DNA of 45,172 nt from a virus. Position 1 is the stretch's first letter, and each line of letters starts with the position of its first letter. Made by a program: the position numbers and the translations under genes. The stretch lies in the IMG/VR virus record IMGVR_UViG_3300029220_000012. The stretch is one strand, 5' to 3'. Shown piece after piece: positions 1 through 6,420 of the stretch. Under the pieces are notes generated by a model, which saw nothing but the letters and a program-made list of their open reading frames with translations, did no database searches and was not told the origin of the DNA.

Positions 1-99
1 GGGGATTTATGCCTTTTGGGACTGCGGTCTAAAAATGGTCTTGAAAACTAGCGAAGGTGCAAGCCTTCCGTGGGTTCGAATCCCACCCTTTCCGCCATT
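1..99. repeat. Terminal direct repeat, copy 1 (att site or circular-genome overlap)
   Basis: Bases 1-99 are identical to the last 99 bases of the window (45074-45172). Confidence 0.95.
35..97 (+). tRNA. Partial tRNA: 3' two-thirds of a class-II tRNA-Ser(UGA)-like gene (likely att core)
   Basis: Anticodon arm ATGGT/CTTGAAA/ACTAG (UGA). Variable-arm hairpin GAAGG-TGCAAG-CCTTC. T arm GTGGG-TTCGAAT-CCCAC. 3' end CCTTTCC-G-CCA. Bases 1-34 cannot supply the D arm or the GGAAAGG 5' acceptor strand. Confidence 0.6.
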
Positions 100-128
100 T
101 TACGCGGGTTCCGGCAATCGCTGAAACC

Positions 129-173
129 TTGACCACTAAAAAACTAGCGACGTTTGACTACTAGTTGACCACT
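129..173 (+). promoter_or_regulatory. Three direct copies of TTGAC(C/T)ACT (129-137, 154-162, 165-173); candidate integrase arm-type sites
   Basis: 9-mers repeated in the same orientation between the tRNA-like core and int. Two more copies lie at 44974-44993. Confidence 0.4.
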
Positions 174-238
174 CATGTTTTTGGGTGGTCTTTTCTGTTG
201 TATCTATACAGTTTAAAAGTATTTATGCTAAAATCTGC

Positions 239-267
239 TTGCATAAATTACAAAATTGAGTTAACAT
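239..267 (+). promoter_or_regulatory. Promoter P1 (TTGCAT-17 bp-TAACAT, GAGT before the -10)
   Basis: Sigma-70/sigma-A type hexamers with 17-bp spacer, 28 nt upstream of ATG 295. Member of the six-copy promoter family. Confidence 0.6.
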
Positions 268-294
268 AGCTACAAAAAATAAGGAGGCTATGTT

Positions 295-564
295 ATGAAA
301 GCACATGTGAAGTATTTTTGCGGGCATGAAGCTGATGTTGATTTGGTTGGCAGTGCTGCTGTCCGCCAGCAGAAGCTGGCTGGCCTGAAGAAATCTCTTT
401 GCGCTGCATGTCTCGCCGAAGCATGGAACGCTTGCGTTGCTGGTTGCCTGCCACGTGAGATGTCCATTGATCAATGGGAACGCGAGTATCCTGATTGTCG
501 CCGGATGAAGGTGGATGCAGAAAAAGGTACCGTTATTGCCTGGGTACCGGAAAACAGAGCATAA
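295..564 (+). CDS. Hypothetical 89-aa Cys-containing protein between att core and int
   Basis: AAGGAGG at 281-287 before the ATG, own promoter, hairpin terminator directly after the stop. The antisense ORF 223..474 has no such signals. Confidence 0.7.
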   Translation: MKAHVKYFCGHEADVDLVGSAAVRQQKLAGLKKSLCAACLAEAWNACVAGCLPREMSIDQWEREYPDCRRMKVDAEKGTVIAWVPENRA

Positions 565-596
565 AAAATACCCCGCTGCAAGGCGGGGCTTTTTTA
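564..596. terminator. Bidirectional intrinsic terminator between the convergent 295..564 gene and int
   Basis: A-run, stem CCCCGC/GCGGGG (571-588), then T-run 590-595. Confidence 0.7.
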
Positions 597-599
597 TGC

Positions 600-1682
600 T
601 TATATGATGTTAGCCAGGGTTTCCGCTGCGCGCTCATCGTCACCAGGCATTACGTGGCTGTAGGTGTTGAGCGTCAGATTTGCAGTGCTGTGGCCGAGGC
701 GCTGCTGCACCGTCTTGTAGCTGGCACCGTGCTGCAGCAGGAGCGAGGCGCTGGTGTGACGCAGACTATTGAGGCAGAAGTCTTTCGGCATATCTGCGTT
801 TTTGCCGTAGCGCTTGACGAGCTTGCTTATTGCGTCAGGATTGAGCGGTCTGCCGTGCTCTCCCGGGAAAAGGAGGCCGTATGGCTGCCACAGCGCGTCG
901 CTCATGGCCTGCAGTCGGACGGTCCTTATCTGTGCCTTAATGAGCGGAAGAATCGCCTTAGGCAGGCTCACAGTGCGCCAGCTGTCCTCTGTCTTAGTGC
1001 TTGCGCCAATCTCACCGCCACCTTTGGTACGCAGGTTGGTCTGCCGGACGGTAAACGTGCACCGCTCCAGGTTTACGTCCTGATAGCGCAAACCAAGAAT
1101 TTCACTGCGTCGCATGCCGCTGGTAGCTGCCAGCTTGATGAGCAGCTGGTGCGCGGGATCAGTGATGACGGAGAGCAGCTTTGTTACCTGTGCCTGAGTA
1201 AGAGCCACCCACTCGCGCTTGCGGGTAACCTTTGGCTTTTTGATTTGTAGCATGGGATGCTTTGCAAGCACTCCGTCAATAACTGCTTGGGTAAGCAGAG
1301 CCTTGAGCGTTACATAGATATGCTCAACGGTGCGGCTGGCAAGCTTTGCTGACAGTGCGGCTATAAAGTCGCGGATATTGGCTGGCTGCAGATTGCAGAG
1401 CGGGAAGTCGCCGAGCTCCGGCTTGATGTGCACCCGGATGTGAGACTCAATCGTTGCCCAGGAATTTTTGCGTATGGCTGCGTGCTGGACGACCAGGTAA
1501 TGGTCGCACCAATCTTTGAGCAGCATGCCGCTGCTGTAGGTCCCGCTGCGTTTGGCAATCTTGAACTCCTGCACCTTGCGGTCAAGCTCTGCAGATGACT
1601 TTGCGGTGAAATAGTACTTTTTGCCGAGGTACGTCACTGTGGTGGCGTAGCGGCCGTCGGCGCGTTTCTTGTATTTTGCCAT
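600..1682 (-). CDS. int: Tyrosine recombinase (phage integrase)
   Basis: C-terminal catalytic signature LRHTSASLLLQHG...LGHSTANLTLNTYSHV (R, H-x-x-R, Y). GGAGGG RBS. Adjacent to the tRNA-like core. Confidence 0.95.
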   Translation of the reverse strand: MAKYKKRADGRYATTVTYLGKKYYFTAKSSAELDRKVQEFKIAKRSGTYSSGMLLKDWCDHYLVVQHAAIRKNSWATIESHIRVHIKPELGDFPLCNLQPANIRDFIAALSAKLASRTVEHIYVTLKALLTQAVIDGVLAKHPMLQIKKPKVTRKREWVALTQAQVTKLLSVITDPAHQLLIKLAATSGMRRSEILGLRYQDVNLERCTFTVRQTNLRTKGGGEIGASTKTEDSWRTVSLPKAILPLIKAQIRTVRLQAMSDALWQPYGLLFPGEHGRPLNPDAISKLVKRYGKNADMPKDFCLNSLRHTSASLLLQHGASYKTVQQRLGHSTANLTLNTYSHVMPGDDERAAETLANII

Positions 1683-1811
1683 TGTGTAAACCCTCCAATT
1701 TTGATATAATGGAGGTGCAATCGGTTGTGAACAAATTGCACCTTGCCGCTGCCATCGTGGTGGATGCTGCGGCGCGCCGCCTGTGCTGGTAACACGGGCG
1801 GCTTTTTTTAT

Positions 1812-2627
1812 TTATTTTTTATATTTAAATTTATGATCACTTAGGGGATGACCACAGGCGCAGCCAAGCTCCAAGATATCATTGTTATAAATGGGAAGAA
1901 GTTTGCACTTTTTTTCATCCTTACACAATTTATTACTAGCTCCACTAGTACCTATGCCAAAAATAGAACCTATGGCTCCTAATGTATTTATCTTAGTTCC
2001 GACAACAACACGACAATTATAATCTTTAATTTTTTCATTTTGCTCTTCAGCTTCTGCTAAAATTTTTTCTTCTTTGGCTTTGGCAAACGGAACTAGTATT
2101 TCATTTACATATTTATGTGTCATAGCATTAATAATTTTATCTTCGTCAAAGGTTGCTGTTTGCTTTTTGTTAATATAATCAAACCATAATTCTACTCTTT
2201 CTTCAAAAAGCGTAGCATGTTGTTCCAAAGCTGCAACTGATGTATGAAAACAACCTTCTTCAGTTCCTTGCAAAGCAAGCCAATGAATATAGCCACCAGC
2301 AGTTGGGAGGTAATTGTATGAGTTATTGCCGCCATAAGCATTCATTCTGGATACAATATTTGCCATTGCACGCTCTTGCTTATATTTTGCATTATATTTA
2401 TTCCAAGCTTCGTTCATGCTTGCATTGTTGGCATCAATTGCTGCCTGAACTGAGTCAAGCATTTTTTGTTTAGTAGAACTAAATGCTTCATTAGCAGTTT
2501 GTCCGTTTATAATAATATCATCAAATTGAGCAACAACTCCACTTGCGAGCGGCGTTTTAAACTCATGTGCTATTGCAATGTTTGGAACAAATGCTGCTAA
2601 AAGCAAAGCAAATAATATTTTCTTCAT
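1812..2627 (-). CDS. Secreted protein of unknown function (AT-rich moron)
   Basis: Signal peptide MKKILFALLLAAFVPNIAIA. Visibly AT-richer than its flanks. Cys cluster at the C-terminus. Sits between int and the repressor. Confidence 0.75.
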   Translation of the reverse strand: MKKILFALLLAAFVPNIAIAHEFKTPLASGVVAQFDDIIINGQTANEAFSSTKQKMLDSVQAAIDANNASMNEAWNKYNAKYKQERAMANIVSRMNAYGGNNSYNYLPTAGGYIHWLALQGTEEGCFHTSVAALEQHATLFEERVELWFDYINKKQTATFDEDKIINAMTHKYVNEILVPFAKAKEEKILAEAEEQNEKIKDYNCRVVVGTKINTLGAIGSIFGIGTSGASNKLCKDEKKCKLLPIYNNDILELGCACGHPLSDHKFKYKK

Positions 2628-2760
2628 GTTGCCATCCTCATTTCACACTTTCTTTACTTACTAAACTTCCCTTTATGATAGTTGTGTGATAAACTATTTA
2701 TAGATTAAAAATATTGTTGTCGTCACTTAGGTGGCGACTTTTTTTGTTTCTGGGGAAGTT

Positions 2761-2865
2761 TCAAGCGGTGGCGGCAGTTTCTTCTGCCGCCAGAATACCT
2801 AAGATAAAAAGATATAAATCCACCTGAGCGTCCTCGTTTAGTAACTCGAGTCGCTCACTGTCCAT
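2761..2865 (-). CDS. Possible 34-aa ORF (MDSERLELLNEDAQVDLYLFILGILAAEETAATA) just downstream of the repressor gene
   Basis: AGGAGG directly after the repressor stop, ATG about 12 nt later. Below the ORF-track size cutoff. No other support. Confidence 0.25.
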   Translation of the reverse strand: MDSERLELLNEDAQVDLYLFILGILAAEETAATA

Positions 2866-2883
2866 TAGATTAATACACCTCCT

Positions 2884-3225
2884 TTATTGGTTCCGCAGGT
2901 TTTTGGGATTTGAAAGTAAATCCTCAAAATATTCACGAGCGCGCTGTTGCGCTGCAGGACTAAGTTTGTTGTACAGTTCTTGAATATCATTTTTAGGCTT
3001 TTCTGGGGTATCCCATCCCATTAGTTGGGCAGGAGTAACGTTAAAAATTTCTGCCAAGAGTATAACCATATCATAGGGGATATTTTTAATATCCCCAGAT
3101 TCATACCTTTGCAAAGTTGCTTTATTTGGCAATTTACCTATTTTAGATTTAATTATTTGAGCTAAATCTGTAAGAGATAATCCGTGTTGTTCACGGTATT
3201 TTCTTATATTTTCTCCTATTTCCAT
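2884..3225 (-). CDS. XRE-family HTH repressor (CI-like, no peptidase domain)
   Basis: HTH IRKYREQHGLSLTDLAQII...LQRYESG. Divergent from a Cro-like gene across an operator-rich region. Confidence 0.85.
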   Translation of the reverse strand: MEIGENIRKYREQHGLSLTDLAQIIKSKIGKLPNKATLQRYESGDIKNIPYDMVILLAEIFNVTPAQLMGWDTPEKPKNDIQELYNKLSPAAQQRAREYFEDLLSNPKNLRNQ

Positions 3226-3266
3226 GGCTTGCCTCCCTATAATCTCCCTATAATTACGTTAACATC

Positions 3267-3295
3267 ATTATAAATTACTTTTGCGCAAAATGCAA
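3267..3295 (-). promoter_or_regulatory. Repressor-maintenance-type promoter (minus strand TTGCAT-17 bp-TATAAT)
   Basis: Hexamers read on the minus strand. Overlaps the operator copy at 3280-3296. GGGAGG RBS before ATG 3225. Confidence 0.55.
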
Positions 3296-3383
3296 CAAGG
3301 AATCGACTTTTTGCAAAAAAAGTTGCGCAATATGCGTTGACAAATAGCTTTAGTCATGGTATTATAGTTGCATAAAATGCAAC
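3280..3383. promoter_or_regulatory. Operator cluster of GTTGC-N7-GCAAC type dyads
   Basis: 3367-3383 is the perfect dyad GTTGCATAAAATGCAAC. 3280-3296 (TTTGCGCAAAATGCAAC) and 3322-3338 (GTTGCGCAATATGCGTT) are degenerate copies. All lie between the divergent cI-like and cro-like genes. Confidence 0.65.
3337..3365 (+). promoter_or_regulatory. Early rightward promoter (TTGACA-17 bp-TATTAT)
   Basis: Consensus -35, 17-bp spacer. The perfect operator 3367-3383 covers the expected transcription start. Confidence 0.7.
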
Positions 3384-3399
3384 GAAAGGTGGTGAGAAA

Positions 3400-3624
3400 A
3401 TGTATGGCATTAATGTAATGTTACTGCGTCAAAAAATGCTTGAAAATGGGTTTATAAATATTGTAGACCTTGCAAAAGCAGCGAATGTTAGCCGGGATAC
3501 TATTAGTAAAATGTTGGCTGGCAAAACTAAACCTCAAACCAATGTAATGTATGCAATTGCTAATGCTTTGAAGTTAACCTGCGAAGAAGCGGGGAAAATT
3601 TTTTTTGCACGTATCGTTGCATAA
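3400..3624 (+). CDS. Cro-like XRE-family HTH protein
   Basis: HTH IVDLAKAANVSRDTISKMLAG. First gene of the rightward operon. RBS AAAGGTGGTGAG. Confidence 0.8.
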   Translation: MYGINVMLLRQKMLENGFINIVDLAKAANVSRDTISKMLAGKTKPQTNVMYAIANALKLTCEEAGKIFFARIVA

Positions 3625-3632
3625 AACGCAAC
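3616..3632. promoter_or_regulatory. Fourth operator-type dyad (GTTGCATAAAACGCAAC) spanning the cro-like stop codon
   Basis: Same GTTGC-N7-GCAAC dyad as at 3367-3383, extended to CGTTGC/GCAACG. Confidence 0.5.
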
Positions 3633-3642
3633 GGAGGTAATT

Positions 3643-3831
3643 ATGGAACCTATCGCTGTAACTCTTGACAAGGCCTGTGAGTTAACGGCCATCGGTAAAG
3701 CGTCGATGGTGAAGCTCATGCAGGATCCAAAATTTCCGGTCTTTAAAATCGGGAACAAGTCGGTTATCCCAGTAGCTGGCTTGAGAAAGTATATTGAGAC
3801 TCTGGGTGCTGAGCACTATGGAGTCGTTTAG
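3643..3831 (+). CDS. Excisionase-type (MerR-like) HTH DNA-binding protein
   Basis: 62 aa. LDKACELTAIGKASMVKLMQDPKFPVFKIGNK resembles excisionase-family HTH domains. GGAGG RBS. Confidence 0.6.
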   Translation: MEPIAVTLDKACELTAIGKASMVKLMQDPKFPVFKIGNKSVIPVAGLRKYIETLGAEHYGVV

Positions 3832-3843
3832 GAGGCGGATGGT

Positions 3844-4116
3844 ATGAAAAAGCTGTTGACAATCCTGTTACTGGCCTGCTGTGTATGGCAGGCGTGGGAC
3901 TACACCCATCCTCAGCCTGTAGAACGCTACGTGGTCCGTGCTGTGGCTGCAGAGGGTGATACCCTTTGGCATTTAGTGGGTGACACCATGCAGCGCGAAG
4001 GAGATCGCCGCGATGTCCGCGAGGTCATCTTTTATACAAAGAAGATCAGTAACCTGAAGGGTGACCTGCAGGTGGGAGATGTAGTGCTCATTCCCATTGA
4101 GGCATCTACAAAATGA
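3844..4116 (+). CDS. Membrane-anchored LysM-like domain protein
   Basis: N-terminal hydrophobic anchor KKLLTILLLACCVW. LysM-like YVVRAVAAEGDTLWHL...LQVGDVVLIP. Confidence 0.6.
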   Translation: MKKLLTILLLACCVWQAWDYTHPQPVERYVVRAVAAEGDTLWHLVGDTMQREGDRRDVREVIFYTKKISNLKGDLQVGDVVLIPIEASTK

Positions 4117-4280
4117 GAACCGATGACCGTGGCGTCCATTACGTAGACTGCATGTTTTGCGGTACGGAATGGATAGTGAGCCGCTTTGTAAAAGAACCGT
4201 ATGCGTGCCCTTATTGCAGGGCTATGTATAAAAATTTCAATCCACCACAATCAAAAAAGAAAGGTAAGGTGCAAAAATGA
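4113..4280 (+). CDS. 55-aa zinc-ribbon protein (not in ORF track)
   Basis: ATGA start/stop overlaps at both ends (4113-4116 and 4277-4280). Two CxxC pairs (CMFC, CPYC). Confidence 0.6.
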   Translation: MRTDDRGVHYVDCMFCGTEWIVSRFVKEPYACPYCRAMYKNFNPPQSKKKGKVQK

Positions 4281-4591
4281 TTAGAACTAAAACCGAGATT
4301 TTCCTTCAGCGTTTGAACCTTGAAATGCAGAGCCTGAATAAATACGCAGACTTGCTGGAACGCTGGAATGAGGACGACAACCAAGATGAGGTCCTGCAGG
4401 AGGCGAAGCTTGATGTCATTGACCGTATCGGTTCAACGCTCAAAGAGATGCGTGAGCTGCAGTCTCATGAATGGTCTGTTATGTACAAGGCTCTGCAAGA
4501 TTCCGCAGAAAAGAATGCTGCTGATGGTTTCGGTATGCCAAAAGAAGGCTCCGGCATGCCGTCAGATGGCGCTTGCAAGGAGGCTGAGTAA
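4277..4591 (+). CDS. Hypothetical acidic helical protein
   Basis: ORF coupled to the upstream gene by ATGA. No recognisable motif. Confidence 0.65.
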   Translation: MIRTKTEIFLQRLNLEMQSLNKYADLLERWNEDDNQDEVLQEAKLDVIDRIGSTLKEMRELQSHEWSVMYKALQDSAEKNAADGFGMPKEGSGMPSDGACKEAE

Positions 4592-4592
4592 T

Positions 4593-5084
4593 ATGGCTAA
4601 CATCTATGAGCTTAAAGATCAAATCAAAGCCTGCATCCAACTGGATGAAGAGCACGTGGTTGACACCGATGACGGCGAAATCCTGAACCTGCAGCAATTC
4701 GAGGCTCTGCAGATGGAGCGCGATGCCAAGGTCGAAGGCCTGGCTTGTTACATCAAAAACAAGCTTGCCGATGCGGAGGCCATCTACGCTGAGATTGACG
4801 TCCTTAGTCAACGTGCAGCCATCATGAAGAAGGAAGCCGAGCGCTGCAAGGCTTATCTGGCCGGTGCATTGTACGGCGAGAAGTTTGAAACTCCCCGCTG
4901 CAAGATTAGCTGGCGCAAGTCGGAAATCTGCAACGTGCTGTCCTTGGAAGCAATTCCTGATGAATACAAGCGCACCAAGGTTACTGTTGATGCTGACAAG
5001 ACGGCAATCAAGAAGGCCATCAAGAGCGGCATGGAGATTCCGGGCGCTGAAGTAATCCAAAAACTGAACATGACTTTGAAGTAA
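4593..5084 (+). CDS. Gp157-like protein (siphovirus Gp157 family resemblance)
   Basis: AAGGAGG 8 nt upstream of ATG 4593, so the track start at 4368 is rejected. Coiled-coil protein upstream of the ATPase/SSB block, as in Gp157-type modules. Confidence 0.6.
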   Translation: MANIYELKDQIKACIQLDEEHVVDTDDGEILNLQQFEALQMERDAKVEGLACYIKNKLADAEAIYAEIDVLSQRAAIMKKEAERCKAYLAGALYGEKFETPRCKISWRKSEICNVLSLEAIPDEYKRTKVTVDADKTAIKKAIKSGMEIPGAEVIQKLNMTLK

Positions 5085-5100
5085 AGGAGGTGTATACAAG

Positions 5101-5991
5101 GTGAGCTTATTTAATAGAGCCGAACGTAAGAAAGCTTTTTTAAAAATTGCTATTACTGGCGTAAGCGGTAGCGGTAAAACGTACAGTGCTTTACAGCTTG
5201 CTCAAGGTCTGGGAGGTAAAATTGCTATGATTGACACCGAGAACGGCAGTGGCGAGCTTTATAGTAGCCTTTGTGATTACGATGTTGCTCCAATGAGTGC
5301 GCCATTTTCTCCCGAAAAATATATTGAATACATACACGAAGCGGAACAAGCAGGATATAGCGTATTGATTATTGATAGCTTGTCTCACGCTTGGGCAGGA
5401 GAAGGCGGTTTACTGGAATTTGTAGATAAAAAAGCTGCTGCTAGCCGAAGCGGAAATAGTTTTGCTGCGTGGAAAGACGCAACTCCGAAACAAAATCGTT
5501 TGATTGACGCCATTTTGCAATCTAAAATGGATATCATTGTATGCATGAGAAGCAAACAAGCATACGAAATAATTGAAAATGATCGTGGCAAGAAAATGCC
5601 GACGAAGATGGGGTTGGCACCTATACAGCGCGATGGCCTTGAGTATGAATTTACAATCATGTTTGATATTGGCATAGAGCGTCATATGGCAACCGCAACC
5701 AAAGATAGAACTGGAATGTTCAAGGACTGGTGCGATGTCATTTCGCCTCAAGTAGGAGAAATGATTAGAACGTGGTCTAACGGCGGCGCAGATGTTACTG
5801 AGGACGGTTACGTTAAAATTGAGCAAGAAAAAGTCATGGTTAGGACCAGAAATGGCCTGACTGATATTGTTACTCTGTCATATGAGCAGATGCAGCAATT
5901 GTTAGCATCATCTAAATACGCATTGGCTCATAAGGCAATAAGGGAACGTGTTGATAATATTGATGCTATGCAGGAAGAAGAAAGAAGGTAG
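5101..5991 (+). CDS. AAA-type ATPase, Sak4/AAA_24-like recombination protein
   Basis: Walker A GVSGSGKT, Walker B VLIIDS. GTG start after AAGGAGG. Next to ssb. Confidence 0.7.
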   Translation: MSLFNRAERKKAFLKIAITGVSGSGKTYSALQLAQGLGGKIAMIDTENGSGELYSSLCDYDVAPMSAPFSPEKYIEYIHEAEQAGYSVLIIDSLSHAWAGEGGLLEFVDKKAAASRSGNSFAAWKDATPKQNRLIDAILQSKMDIIVCMRSKQAYEIIENDRGKKMPTKMGLAPIQRDGLEYEFTIMFDIGIERHMATATKDRTGMFKDWCDVISPQVGEMIRTWSNGGADVTEDGYVKIEQEKVMVRTRNGLTDIVTLSYEQMQQLLASSKYALAHKAIRERVDNIDAMQEEERR

Positions 5992-5994
5992 AAT

Positions 5995-6420
5995 ATGAAT
6001 AAGATTATTCTTTTAGGCAGATTAACTCGTGATCCTGAAGTACGTTATACGTCTACAGGTAAAGTTGTTTGCCAGTTTACTCTTGCAGTAGACAGACCTT
6101 TTGCCAATCAGGAAGGCCAAAGAGAATCTGACTTTATCCCCGTAGTTATCTGGGGTAAACAGGGCGAAACCTGTGGCAACTATCTCACCAAAGGGCAGCG
6201 CGCGCTGGTTGAAGGCCGTCTGCAAATCCGCAGCTATAATGCTAAAGACGGCGGTAAACGCTGGATAACCGAAGTAATCGCTGATCACTTTGAGTTTATT
6301 GAGTGTAAAGCAACTAGCGATATAACTGAAGAAAAAGTATCGGATTCAGCAGCTCCTACCTCCAGCATGAGTTATGGTACTAACGTGCCGCTGCTCAGTG
6401 ATGAAGAGATCCCTTTCTAA
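5995..6420 (+). CDS. ssb: Single-stranded DNA-binding protein
   Basis: OB-fold N-terminus MNKIILLGRLTRDPEVRYT...W and acidic tail DEEIPF. Confidence 0.95.
   Translation: MNKIILLGRLTRDPEVRYTSTGKVVCQFTLAVDRPFANQEGQRESDFIPVVIWGKQGETCGNYLTKGQRALVEGRLQIRSYNAKDGGKRWITEVIADHFEFIECKATSDITEEKVSDSAAPTSSMSYGTNVPLLSDEEIPF

Noticed and set aside
1-97. tmRNA or tRNA-Sec identity for the terminal tRNA-like fragment
   Set aside because: The discriminator is G and no GGAC precedes the T stem, which argues against tmRNA. There is no UCA anticodon loop anywhere in the repeat, which argues against tRNA-Sec. The anticodon loop CTTGAAA plus the long variable arm fit tRNA-Ser(UGA).
495-1250. 251-aa plus-strand ORF overlapping int
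   Set aside because: It is antisense to the integrase, whose catalytic motifs are unambiguous. It has no RBS, and the upstream terminator at 564-596 would stop transcription into it.
1766-1806. Hairpin plus T-run (GCCGCCTGTG...CACGGGCGGC TTTTTTT) between int and the secreted-protein gene, and a similar one at 2716-2750
   Set aside because: Both are oriented as plus-strand terminators in a region where all genes are on the minus strand. They may insulate the lysogeny genes from read-in or act bidirectionally. I cannot assign them to a gene, so they are not listed as features.
4368-4592. N-terminal extensions suggested by the ORF track (4368, 9949, 10464, 20868, 26119, 27018, 33795, 34694, 40037, 41691, 43210)
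   Set aside because: In each case an internal ATG/GTG sits 6-10 nt after a GGAGG-type RBS, or forms an ATGA/TAATG overlap with the preceding stop. The extension overlaps the upstream gene or a promoter.
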